A DNA stretch of 62,200 bases, counting the filler, from Piptocephalis cylindrospora (taxonomy: Eukaryota): NCBI GenBank assembly GCA_003614145.1. It is 15 parts of 15 records of this genome, joined end to end, with 100 filler letters (N's around TTAATTAATTAA, not from the genome) between each part and the next. Parts side by side here need not be neighbours in the genome. Positions count along the whole stretch, not along the records: positions 25,174 to 29,232 come from KZ988574.1; positions 29,333 to 33,379 come from KZ988575.1; positions 33,480 to 37,520 come from KZ988576.1; positions 37,621 to 41,650 come from KZ988577.1; 11 more parts are not named here. One strand, written 5' to 3'. Below, one piece after another: positions 26,214 to 38,126 of this stretch. Position numbers and translations under genes: made by a program. Under the pieces are notes generated by a model that worked only from the letters and a program-made list of their open reading frames with translations, was not told the origin of the DNA and searched no databases. Within the stretch, counting starts at the first letter, position 1. Every line of letters starts with the position of its first letter.

Positions 26214-27371
26214 TCAAGCATGGCCCATCCCGGTGGATCGGGTGGGAAGGTAGGACTTGCCCGTGGCTACCCAGGACCAGGCCCAGTCCTGGAGCTGGGA
26301 GAGTGAGTTGGAGGCCGACTCGAGGGTCTGAACCCTCTTGGCGTCCAGAGAACTGTACATCCCAGTGGCTTGCTCCAGGGAGGACAGGGTGAGGTCGCGG
26401 GCATACAGCGTGGTAGATTCCAGGGGGGTGTAGATCCGGGTGGGAAGGTAGGCCTGAGCCGTAGATTGGCCCATGCTGATGGCCTGACTGGACAACTCGA
26501 GTCCTCGGTCCTTGGCCTGAGAGGTCATGGAGTAGAGGGAGGCGGTGGTGCTGGAGACACGATCCTGCACGACGGATCGGGCTTGAGTGTACTTGGTGTC
26601 CACGACGGAGCGGGCCTGGGTGTATTGGTTGTCCACGACGGAGCGGGCCTGCGAATACCGGGCATCGACGGCATCGCGGGCAGAGGTGGCTGTGGAGAGA
26701 ACAGAGTCTCGCTTCTCCCCCACAGCATCAAGGACGCCACTGGCCTTTTCCAGCCCAAAGTCAAGACCATGGACCACGGGGGTAGGGGCCACCTCGCGGG
26801 CATAATGGTAGGTACGAGTGGTGGAGGAGGTGACGAGGTCCGAGGCGTAATGAACCGTGGAGCTGACGGTGCCGGTGGCGTAGTTGACGGTGGAGCTCAC
26901 GGTGTCCGAGGCGTAATGGACCGTGGAGCTCACGGTGCCGGTGGCGTAATTGACGGTGGAGGACAGGGCCGTCGTGGCCGTATCCTTGGTGGCGTAGGCC
27001 CGGTCGACCAGGAGGTGGGTGGCTGACGTGGCGGAATCGTACACCCGATGATACAGGGAGGCAGGGAGGGGGAGATGAAGCTCGGATTCGGCGGGGGTGG
27101 ATGGACCACCCTCCTCCGAGTCGGAGGAGTCCTGGGAGGAGCTGGCCTGATCCTCCGTCAGACTGGAAGAGCCGCACCCATTCTGTGCGGAATGTGTCCC
27201 ATTCTGGGTAGAAGCGGTTGCCTTGGCCTTTCCATTGGTATGGGCCTTTCCATGGCCTTGAGGCCTGCCGTTGCCTTGAGATTTGCCATTGAGCGTGGAA
27301 GCATAGGTCTGCTGCTTGGTATGGGTGACCTCTGCATTGGGTAGAGAGGAGGGGAGAGTGTCCGAGGTCAT
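26214..27371 (-). CDS. 11-mer amphipathic-repeat protein, perilipin/CAP20/LEA-like
   Basis: 385 aa with 33-bp repeat units encoding SSTVNYATGTV/SSTVHYASDTV x4 and D..Y[ST]QARSVV x3. TATAAAA on the minus strand near 27525-27531. Confidence 0.65.
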   Translation of the reverse strand: MTSDTLPSSLPNAEVTHTKQQTYASTLNGKSQGNGRPQGHGKAHTNGKAKATASTQNGTHSAQNGCGSSSLTEDQASSSQDSSDSEEGGPSTPAESELHLPLPASLYHRVYDSATSATHLLVDRAYATKDTATTALSSTVNYATGTVSSTVHYASDTVSSTVNYATGTVSSTVHYASDLVTSSTTRTYHYAREVAPTPVVHGLDFGLEKASGVLDAVGEKRDSVLSTATSARDAVDARYSQARSVVDNQYTQARSVVDTKYTQARSVVQDRVSSTTASLYSMTSQAKDRGLELSSQAISMGQSTAQAYLPTRIYTPLESTTLYARDLTLSSLEQATGMYSSLDAKRVQTLESASNSLSQLQDWAWSWVATGKSYLPTRSTGMGHA

Positions 27372-29332
27372 GCTGCTATGGAGTATGAGAGAGTGGAGGG
27401 GAAGGGGATGGGACAGATGGGAAAAGAAGGGGGAAAATGTGCAGGAGAGGCAGGTGGGGGAATGAGGAAAAAGGATGGTTCGGTCAGCAAAGGTCCGAGG
27501 GAAGAATGGGGGAGAACCATGCTGCTTTTATAGCTATGTGGATTGAACGGGATGGTCACTTGGTCAAGGGGGGATGGGCATTGTCTTTCCTCTTGATCCG
27601 CCTACACTGGAGAGAGAGAGAGAGAGAGAGAGGAAACCCTTGCTGTTTCCTCCCTCTCATTCATCCCCTCAATCTCGCTCACTGTACCATTCACACGTGG
27701 ACGCGTATACAGCCTCCATCCACCCTTGGCTCTCTCCCTCTATCCTTGTCTTTTCTCCCCTAAGCGCAGTGCGCGCACCACCACATCGTCCTAATGAAGG
27801 GGATGCACGATGAGGTACTATCCTCTACTCCATTAGGACCCACACCACCCACACTCATGACAAAGATGGTGAGGGAAGGGGAGAAGGGAGAGGGTGGGCC
27901 ACCTTTCTCCCATCCCATCCCATCCTATTCCCCTTCACACTAAAACCATACGACGCAGCCTTGGGTCAAAGGGGAGAAAAGAGGTGGTCGGGTAGGACAT
28001 ACACAGATTGACATGTGGATGCACGCGGCAACTTGCACTCCCGTCCTTTTTTTCCTCACATTACCCGTCTCTTTGGCCTCCCTCTCTCCTCACACTAATC
28101 ATGTCCCGGTCGCCCTCCCCTCCTCATACTGGGCACGCCCTGGAGCTGTTGTCCTCCTCATACTGGTCCTATCCTGAACACCTCCCCTACCCTCACACAC
28201 GGAGAATAGAAGGCATGTATGGGAACATAGATCTCTTTTCCCTATTGGGTCGGACTTGTAATCTCAGTCCTACTATCTCTCATAACTCTAGCCCTTGTCC
28301 CTTCCCCATTGGAGAGCCCACTTTGCTCCTCGTCACATCCGCCACCTCGGGAAAATGCGGGATCCCAAACCCTCTCCCTCTCCCTGACATGTGAAAGAGT
28401 TAACCTCTCTCCTCTTGGGCTCTGTCTTTATCAGAGGATTAAGGTGCTGACGGTGCACTCGAATGTGGGATGGCGCTTGTTGTTGTTGTCGTTGTTGTTT
28501 TGAATGATGGGAGATGGGTATAGCCTACTGGGAGCTGAGAAATGAGTGTATCCTCACGAAGACTCAGCATTGGTGTACTCTATGGACGATCTAGGATTGG
28601 TCTATTCTATTCAATTCCCTATCAGGGACAGATATGAGCTCACCCCCTATCATGGCTCGTCATTCGCATCCACTGAGAAATGGATGGGCCCCCAGCATCT
28701 GGCATCACTCTTCCCCCGCTCTTCATAAGGAATCCCATTCTAAGAAGCTTGGCAGGGTCTTGTGGGACGCACAATGAGCGTCTCCCCCGCACTTACTTAA
28801 AACGGCCTCTACATGGAGCAGTAGGATGAGACCACTCGACTACAACATGACAACAAGCCCTCCTTATCTCCATTGGAAATGAGAGGGGCTAATAAGCGTC
28901 AGATAGGCCCTCCATACCCTGTCGTCCCGGCATCCATCACTCTAAAGTCCACGATGTACCCTATCGATCACGCAGGCACCTAAAGCAAACTCCTCCATCT
29001 ATTAATAGCATAGTCCATCCGATCCTGATCACACACGACCGCGTTTTTTCCTCCAAAATTCTTAAATTTTATTTCCATAATTCGCCCTTTTCCCCTCCTA
29101 TTTTCCCCATATAGCCAATCAAGTCGCATGCACATACATCCCCTCTAAACGCGACGTCATCCGCCCTACCACGTCTCCACACGTTAGCACCACGCTCCTT
29201 TTCAGCGCTGGTCCCATACCCGCTCCCCCCCCNNNNNNNNNNNNNNNNNNNNNNNNNNNNNNNNNNNNNNNNNNNNTTAATTAATTAANNNNNNNNNNNN
29301 NNNNNNNNNNNNNNNNNNNNNNNNNNNNNNNN

Positions 29333-29718
29333 GTCATTCCTTGGGTCGGCGTAAATGGGCCATCCTTCCCGAAGGCCCAAGATCCTTCCACTATCGGGCC
29401 CACCATTGCAGGACTCTGATGATAGAAAGGCCCTTTATGCGCTGGACCTTCCGACTCGAGGGGTACGCTGGCATGGATCATGCTCTCGGTGATGCAGCCC
29501 GTCGCAAGGGGTATATCCTCTCGGTCGAGAGCAAAGTGTGGCTTGACCGTTGGATGCGTCTTCTTACTCCCCAAATTCCCCCGCCTTCCCAGCAGGATGA
29601 GGTCCTGGGTTCCCGGGACCTCTCCAAGGATGCCGCGCTCCTTCAGCCCCCCATATCTCAGCTGGATCCTGGAGTTGCCCTGGATTTTAAGGAAATGGTC
29701 CGGCGGGTCATGGCCTAA
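29333..29718 (+). CDS. 3' end of a hypothetical protein, possibly ending in a PH-like domain
   Basis: Open frame from contig start to TAA 29718. RWTFRL...KGYILSVESKVWLDRWMRLL resembles the last strands and Trp helix of a PH fold. Confidence 0.5.
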
Positions 29719-30440
29719 CCGTGTACTTTTATTATTATCTCTTCATTCTTGATAAGGAAGGTGGGGCGTGGGTGTCTTTCTTTGAACCTGACATATTTAT
29801 AGAGACTCTTCTTTTTGATTTTGCCCTGATCCTTAGACCGTACATATGATCTGTCAAGCTAGGTATTGACTATGGAAAAGCGAGTTTGGATGCAAATTTG
29901 ACCTGGGAAGAACTTGTTGAAGGATAAAATAAAGAAATAGACAGGGGGGTGGGAACGCGAGAGCAGGGAGCATTCGAGATCTTTCGTGTTACTACCACAC
30001 GTCTTTACGCGTCACGCAAGGCACAAGTACGGATGTACAATCCCGTAGAAAACCCTCGGGGTATCTTGGACAAATGGTGCACTTTTCGCAGTACGTGATG
30101 ATGATAAAACCATTTTATTTTCCCCAGTGGGGGTAGGCGGATGGGCATCCGAACACAGACTTTTGGCAGTACGTGTCTGGTGTTTCTGCGTATCTATCCT
30201 TGTGCATGGGGATTCTATAAATATTATCAATGTCATTCATCGTTATTTGTGCATACTGACGATTAATTGCCCCTTATTCTTTCGACGCTTTTGGGGGCAT
30301 TGAAACGGCTTGTTATGTCTGTTACAACCGGCGACTAGGGATGCATGGAGAACTTCTCTTGATGGATCAATGCCCTAATGGCCAAAGCAACGATCCGAGT
30401 CATCAATGCCGGGGATTGAATGTCCGGGGTCTCATAGGGG

Positions 30441-30742
30441 NNNNNNNNNNNNNNNNNNNNNNNNNNNNNNNNNNNNNNNNNNNNNNNNNNNNNNNNNNNN
30501 NNNNNNNNNNNNNNNNNNNNNNNNNNNNNNNNNNNNNNNNNNNNNNNNNNNNNNNNNNNNNNNNNNNNNNNNNNNNNNNNNNNNNNNNNNNNNNNNNNNN
30601 NNNNNNNNNNNNNNNNNNNNNNNNNNNNNNNNNNNNNNNNNNNNNNNNNNNNNNNNNNNNNNNNNNNNNNNNNNNNNNNNNNNNNNNNNNNNNNNNNNNN
30701 NNNNNNNNNNNNNNNNNNNNNNNNNNNNNNNNNNNNNNNNNN
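30441..30742. other. Internal scaffold gap (302 N), no linker motif
   Basis: Run of N without TTAATTAATTAA. The short open frame after it (to 30829) may be a gene 3' end. Confidence 0.95.
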
Positions 30743-31656
30743 GGCAATACCTATGAAGAGGAGTGTGAGGAGCTAGAAACATTTCTCCAGCTTCGTCTCT
30801 CCAACCCCTCCTCTGTCCGCCGGTCGTGATATGGAGGACAGGGATATGTCGTGTATGAGCGAGGAGGCAGTATCGTTAGGGGCACGATGGAGAAATGACT
30901 AGCATGAATGAGCTTCTCAGCCTGAGGAAAGGAAGAGCTCTTATCGAATATAACAACACCCTCCGTTTAACCCATCCTCCTCGTCATTTCACCCCCATCC
31001 AGAGGGATTGTCCATAACTATTCGATCAGCTTTGAGGAGTGGCACCATTTGTATACCTCTCTAGATTCCCTTCACCGAGATTATCAACTATATACCATTA
31101 CTCCCAATATACTGTGCTTTGCGGTGAGTGGTCCGTTCGGTCGGAGTTGACCCGTCCTCCGACCGTGTCAGCCCCGCATTATCTCTAATTTGGCCTGGTC
31201 CCCACTGCCTCTGTGCCCCCATCTTGTACCCGTGCCACTGTATGGAGCTCCACTCGATGGGAGTTCTCCTCTTTATCCACTCGTCGTTTAAGACTCCGAC
31301 ACCTGGATCTTCCCCCATCCTCCATCTTGCTACTCGCTTTCACATTGCCAAACTCAGCTAGGGCCTATCCCTCCCCCCTCTGGGAGTAGGCCTCCCCTTG
31401 CTTATCCCTTCTACCCTACGGCGCATCGAATCTACGTAGGTCCCAGACGGCGACGACGAGGAGTTTGAGCCCTCTTATCATACGCGGGAGAGGTGAGCCC
31501 TCATCGAAATACAATTACTCTACTTTTCCCCCTTCTCACCCTCAAGACTGCATCCTTCCCTCCTTTTTCTTGTTCACTCGCTCTACCCTCACCATCTCAT
31601 ACCCTCACCTCTCCTACCGCTCTTCTTCTCTTACCCTACCTCTTTACCCCCCGGTC

Positions 31657-33379
31657 ATGAGCCCCAGATATAGGAAAAGCCCAGGACCAGGACGGGGTGA
31701 TGGGATTGCCAGACCACCAGCCCCGCCCTCCTCTCCAGAGGATACCGAAGCCTTTCTCGGTTTCACTAGCGCAACACACCCGCTTCTCCTTGCCCAAAAG
31801 CCCGGTTCAACCCGCCCTTCAGGGTTCGCCCAGGCGGAGAAACCCCACACCCGACTGGATTCCAGTATGGCCGCGCTAAGGCGGGCTTTTTCGATCGACA
31901 GGACTCCCTCCTCCTCCTCCTCCTCCTCCTCCTCATTCTATTCCTCCTCCTCGTTCGCCGCCCAGAAATTCACTGCCCTCTTGATCACCAATACCCAAGC
32001 CATTGATATCACTGACCTTGTTAGCCCGTTGTCTTACTGGATCGAGCAAGTTATGGATCAGCGGGTAGAGGCGTACGTGGAACCCGATGAGCCCCTCTCC
32101 CCCATGACATCCCCCAGGAAGATGATGCAGAGGATGGGGATGGGCGGAAAGACCAGGCCTGAAAGTGGGCTGACCGAGGCCTTTTCCAGTCTCTACCAGA
32201 CCCTTCATGGCCCCACCGTCGTGCTCAAGCCCTCAGAAATGGGTTTACGCGATCGATCGATATCCATATCTAGCCCTACCTCTCTCTCCTCCATCTCTAG
32301 TCCTTCCTCCCCCTCTTCCCCACCCGTCCATCCCAGCTATGTCGATAGGAAGAGGAGGCCTTCAGCACCCTTACTTCGCTCCCCACCCCCTACTTATACT
32401 CGATCATCTCCCTCTCTTCCCCATCCTATGCAATCTAGTCCAGATTCCAAGAGGGGTCCTATGAGGGCTCCGACTACCTCTAGTGGATCACCTTTGTCTA
32501 GTAGACCTCCTCTACCATCCCCTACAGATACTCGGGGCGGTCTGGAGTATCCTAGAAATCCTCCCATTGATACCCGAGCCCCGCCCAGGCCTAGCATAGT
32601 GCAAGGTATGTGATTCTGCATGAAGAAACGATAATCCACTGACCCTGACCCGTGCCTTCATCAACTTCCAGGATCAAGACGACCTCTCCGAGCTGGCTCG
32701 GATGATGCTGTCATGAAAAGTAATGCATCTCAGAGTGGTCCAGGCATACTGCTTCCATTGGCAGACAAGCCCTTGCCTCTTCCGCCTGGAGCGGTGCGAA
32801 GATCCGGATCCTTTGATGCAATAATCACCAATTCATCCACGACCAAGTCGCCTTCGCAACAGGAGCCCTCCCTTCAGAGGAAGCTCACGGGGCCTCCACC
32901 CTTGGCAAAGCTTGTCCCTGATCCTCCGATGGGGGATGGGAGACGACCGGCTCAACGCCGGGGTGTCGGGTCGGGAAAAGTGTCCCCTTCCCCGGACATG
33001 AACTCCTCCACCTTCACTGTACAGGGCGCAGGAACAGCCCCGCAACGAGCAGTCACCACTCCTACGAATCAAGATCGATCCGCTGTGCCCGCCTCGATCA
33101 GTCGGTCCAAAACGGCTCCAGCGCCCACTCTCTCCTCCACCCGGGCTATGCAGTCCATAGAATGGCCAGGAAAGGAAATGATAGAGGGGGGAAAGACGGC
33201 GGGGATGGTGGGCCCTAGGCCAAGAAAGGCATCAGGAACGCATGGGCGCAGACCTTCCTATAACAAGCGCACTCCTTCGCCTCAATCTGCTGCATTGACC
33301 AAGGAGAGTTCAGATGCTACAAGGAGCGCTCTAGGAAAGGGGAGGCATGGGTCTTCATCGTCTATTTCCGAGGTTGCTT
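31657..33379 (+). CDS. Hypothetical Ser/Pro-rich protein, 5' part; intron 32606-32671
   Basis: A GTATGT...CTGAC...CAG intron joins ORF 31465-32613 in frame to ORF 32713-33435. Truncated at the linker. Confidence 0.7.
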
Positions 33380-34751
33380 NNNNNNNNNNNNNNNNNNNNN
33401 NNNNNNNNNNNNNNNNNNNNNNNTTAATTAATTAANNNNNNNNNNNNNNNNNNNNNNNNNNNNNNNNNNNNNNNNNNNNGGATCGAGTGAGCAGGGGGCA
33501 CGGAAGGATAGAGATACGGAAAAAATGGAAAATGATGATGATTCAGGGGAGGGGGAAGAAGATACGTGGCCATGAGGGCATACATGCCAGAGGAGAGTAT
33601 AGTTTATGAGAAGGGACCCATCCCAGCACCACACTTATCCCCTGAATAGGAGAGGTAATCCAATTGAAGATAGTCATCCTTTCTCTTGGTTATCTATGAT
33701 CTAGATAACAGTAGAGCAGGGCCTACCAGACGCTAGAAAAAGTCATCATGATTGTTGGGGCCCGAAATATCTCGCACCCATCCAAGATACACCTAGCCAC
33801 ATATAAAATGTGCCAAGATGGAGCGGCTGGTACAATGCATAGCGGGTTTCAGGAGGGATCGACCTTACAGGATGACCTGGGCCGAGTCAGACTCAAAAAT
33901 TTCACGAGCCATTAAGGATGATAAGATGGAGATCATTTATCTCCTCTTGGTCACCAGGTGAAGGGTAGCCCGTCCTTGCTCAAGTAGCGGAGGGAGTGGC
34001 AAGACATGGGGGATGGACCAGCACTAGTCCGCTCCTTGGAGAGGACATGTCATCTTCCTCACCTAGCTCATCCCTCAACCATCGATCTCCCGTAGGACAA
34101 GGAAGTGAGCAGCTGCGCAAGACAGACGCACCACGTAAGCAGGAAGGATGTGAGAAGATCCGCACTGACCGTTAAGAGTGGTGAGCGGAATACAATCTTA
34201 TTTTCTTTAGACCGAGACCAGACTGGACTAGGCGGGGTGATGCCTCTCCCATCTCCACGACCACCTAGTAGCCTCTGCGGATAACTCGTATGAGGGACCA
34301 GGCCATGTGTGCTTGCCAGAGACAAGGGAGCCATTGGGATCAGAGTAGGACCTGCCAATGTGTCCCTGACACATCGGGTTCAAGCTCCGCGGTAGCGCTC
34401 CGATCTCACCGTCGCTGGCACGCCCCTCTATGTTTCGGACTCCGCTCGTACCAGCACCACATCTTAATGGTCCTGGCCTGGACGTGTAAAGTCTTCATGC
34501 AGGAAGTCTTATCCGGCCATCCCGGTCGTAGACCCTCCGGACCCATCAAATACTTTGGGTCATTGAATGGGGGCGAAAGGGATAGATACTTTGGAGGATG
34601 GGGGCAACTAGCATAGACCATATCCCCATACCATTACATTTATAAAGGATAGATTCATCCTCTCACCCACTCAATGTGTCCTTGGTATGTATATTCATAT
34701 AGATATCCCTTCTCCGTGCAACTCATCTTCTATCCTACTCCCTTCTCCACC

Positions 34752-36446
34752 ATGACATGGTCCTGTCTGCCAGAAGAAGGGTATGATTCCGCCCCTCTTG
34801 TAACTCATGGGCTTGCCCTCTACCTGGCCATCATTATTCCATGGGTCGCCTTAATTCTAGCCTTGACAGGATTACTCTTTCGTCATCGGTCCCACCCATT
34901 TATCTTTCACAGGCTACCAGCCACCAGTCTTCTGGTCATCCCCTCTATGCTCTTCCTCCCCGCGTGGATGCTCTATCGGCCTCTTCTTGGTGGTGCGCCT
35001 GGGTGTCTTTGGGATATTTGGTCTTGTGCCCTGCTCCTTACCCCCCTCTTTCTCCTTCCCGTCTCCCGGTTCTTGCATGTGATCTTCATGCTCAGGCTAA
35101 ACCGGACTTTATTCAGCCTGATCCAGCCTTCCATGGAGCTCGGAGTACAAAAAGATGCCCTTATCTCCCACATCACATCCACTTTCCAAGATTGGGAGGT
35201 ACCTCTTACTCCGTGGATACTTCACGACACCCCACTTTCTGGTACCATCACCCCACCGAAGCTATCAACTGTGAGCCTGCCAGGTACCATGGAGGAAAAA
35301 CCCTCGGATCTTTCCTTAATCTTGGATGATCCCATGGATCAGATCGCCCTTCATGAGTCGGCCCCAGGTTTGGAAACAAGAGAAGAACCGAGGCAAAAGC
35401 CATGGTGGTTTCGCCACCGACGCTCCCTCCAAGGGGGCGGACCTACTCTCCTGGTATTGGTTCTGATTTTTTCCCTTATCCTTTCCTTTACGACTCTATC
35501 CATCTTCCCACACTCCCCTTATCCATCGGGTAGGGAATATGTCCAGGGGCAGTGCTTGGCCGATTGGACCTCATGGCCGGTCTTCATCCCTCTCACTGCG
35601 CTCAAAGTAGGTCTCTACCCTATCATTCTTCTCCTCAATTCACAGGATCAGGACGCATACTCTATTCGTCGGGATCTTACTCTTCATGTCCTGGTCGATG
35701 CTCCAGTCTCCATCCTCCTCCTCACTGTGTGGCTGCCGTGGATGTCCCAGGGAGCACGTACCAGCCTCTTTCTCTCCTATGCTATCATCACATCGTTACT
35801 TTCCTTGCTTATCGTCCATCTGATCCCCTTACTGGAGAGGTGGATATCAGAGCGTCGATCCGGTCACTTAGACTTTATCATGACCTTACAAGATGTCTTA
35901 AATGATCCAGGGCTTTCTGAGGCACTTGTTCACTTTTCCACGCAAGATTTTACGATTGAGCAAGTTCTGTTCTATCAGAGGCCTCGGCGTCTTACTCATT
36001 CATTTGAAGGGATGAGCACCTCGATCCACTCCGTCTACGCCTTGAGCCGCGTAACTCCATCCTCCCATCACATCAAGGTACATGGCCTCGTTATACCTTT
36101 TTTTGTCCTTGCATCATCCCCCCTCCCCCCTAATCAATCATCTCCTGCGTTCCTTTAGGCGTGTGCCATGGAGTTGCAAGCCATCTACGAGACTTATCTG
36201 CTCCCTGGATCTCCATTTGAAATCCCCCAAGCCGCTTCATTTTACCAAGGAATTAGAGATTTCCTAGCCTCTGGGGAGTGCCATCCTAGGGTACTCGAGG
36301 AGGTTCAGAATCAGATAGAGAAAACCATGCTCCAACACACTTATCCACACTTTTACTCCATAGTCATGGCACGAGGGATGGGAGTGAGGTCTGCATGTTT
36401 ACTAAAAAAAAAACCAACCAGACATATTGATGTAGTTATTAATTGA
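34752..36446 (+). CDS. Seven-transmembrane RGS-domain protein (GprK/AtRGS1-like); intron 36078-36158
   Basis: Seven hydrophobic segments with the DAYSIRRDL motif before TM6, then RGS box LQDVLNDP...FSTQDFTIEQVLFY...IYETYLLPGSPFEI...VQNQIEKTMLQHTYPHF. Confidence 0.85.
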
Positions 36447-36764
36447 TGAAATATATAATGTTCTAGGAAATAAATAGATTGCTTGTATCACCCGTTGGCA
36501 TGTATACTTTAAAATCCAGGTTTATCTTTATAAATTACGGTGCCTTCCAATACCACCGAAAACTACACTGAAACTCTATCAACCTAAAAGGTAATGTGAA
36601 AAGCTTGTTATAAAACTGACAGCCACCACCTTAAAATCTAAATAAACTTGCATTGAGCACTGTATGCTCATAATCGCTGTCTTCACCCCACCCGCCCGCC
36701 CACCATCACCGCCTCTGCTGTCCCACATCTTGGATCTTGTATCCGATCTTAATGAGCAGCCTCC

Positions 36765-36913
36765 GCCTCGTTATACCTTTTTTTGTCCTTGCATCATCCC
36801 CCCTCCCCCCTAATCAATCATCTCCTGCGTTCCTTTAGGCGTGTGCCATGGAGTTGCAAGCCATCTACGAGACTTATCTGCTCCCTGGATCTCCATTTGA
36901 AATCCCCCAAGCC
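36765..36913 (+). repeat. 149-bp direct copy of 36085-36233 (RGS intron/exon junction) embedded in the prefoldin 3 gene
   Basis: Identical sequence gcctcgttatacc...aatcccccaagcc at an offset of 680 bp. Confidence 0.9.
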
Positions 36914-37466
36914 AAAGGTTCACCGTGTTAGTGGATGGGATCCGGGCCTTGGCATAGAGGGTATCATTGAGTTCGTAATGTGTCTCGATGCTCTTGTCAG
37001 AATCCTAGGTTGTAATATGGAGGTAAACACGAGGGCTCATATTTTCCCTTTTCACCCTACCCTAAAAAGCCTTACTTTACGGGATGCAAGGAATTGAACC
37101 ATCTCCAGGGACTTTTCAAGTTCAGGTTTCTTGTTTAACAGGTTCTTCTTTCGCTGCAGCAGATTAGATTCCATGAATTTGTACTTGCTGTTTCGAGATG
37201 TATCAAGGTGAGGTGGGCAGATCCTTCCGATCCCTCATGCCTTCTCTTCCGTCTTACCTGACCATCTCGGCAAATTGCTTGAGTCGGTTCTCCACGCCAT
37301 CTCCCTCAGCCACGTACTTTTCCACGTTATCCTATGAGGTCAACGGAAGGAAAGGGTCAGCTTAAGGCATTGAGTCTTTAAAGTACTCGACCTCATCCTG
37401 TCTTACCACAAAAATGGCCTTGGGAATACCTCGAGGGTTGGTTTCGACCTTGGTCGCGCTAGACAT
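36905..37466 (-). CDS. PAC10: Prefoldin subunit 3 (Pac10/Gim2/VBP1), multi-exon, interrupted after LWLG
   Basis: MSSATKVETNPRGIPKAIFV / DNVEKYV...KQFAEMV / KYKFMESNLLQRKKNL...PELEKSLEMVQFL / IETHYELNDTLYAKARI...VNLWLG. The expected ANVMLEY segment is missing. Confidence 0.9.
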
Positions 37467-37620
37467 GATGTGGAGGGGGGGAGATAAAGAGAGAGGGGGC
37501 TTTGACGAGAAAAGGATGTGNNNNNNNNNNNNNNNNNNNNNNNNNNNNNNNNNNNNNNNNNNNNTTAATTAATTAANNNNNNNNNNNNNNNNNNNNNNNN
37601 NNNNNNNNNNNNNNNNNNNN

Positions 37621-38126
37621 ATCCAGGTTCAGGGTCTCGGAGATCATCTGGGAAATAAGGCCAAGACCACCCTCGCCTCCCTCCTTCACATTTACCCCCT
37701 TAATAAGAGAAATGGCCCGGGCTCCCGGGGCTGTGTGGCCCTTCATCTGGGCACATAGACCCTCGATAAACTGATGGGGCACCACAAAGATCAGGACGGT
37801 CGCCCCTTCAATGGCCTCCAGGAGATTGGGGATGGCCCGAACGTTAGGGGGTAACGGAATGCCCGGGAGATATTTGATATTTTCATGCTCAGTATTGATG
37901 ATATCGGTGAGCTTCCTCCCCTCGATGGTCTCCTCAAACACCCACATATTCACCGCGGTGTCAATGTTATTATTTTCCTCCAGCGCCTTTTTCCCTACAA
38001 TTTTCGCCATCGTGGATCCCCTAGTAATTATTCAATTAGTGTGATGGAAGGTGAGGAGAGCAATGATGATCCACAGCAAGAAGTCACTTACCAATTTCCC
38101 GATCCAATTAAGGCAATTTTCTCCAT
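37621..38126 (-). CDS. GPD1: NAD-dependent glycerol-3-phosphate dehydrogenase, 5' part; one intron (about 38091-38021)
   Basis: MEKIALIGSGNW-GSTMAKIVG...VNMWVFEE...LTDIINTEHENIKYLPGI.LP.NV.A...FVVPHQF...AISLIKG. Confidence 0.95.
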
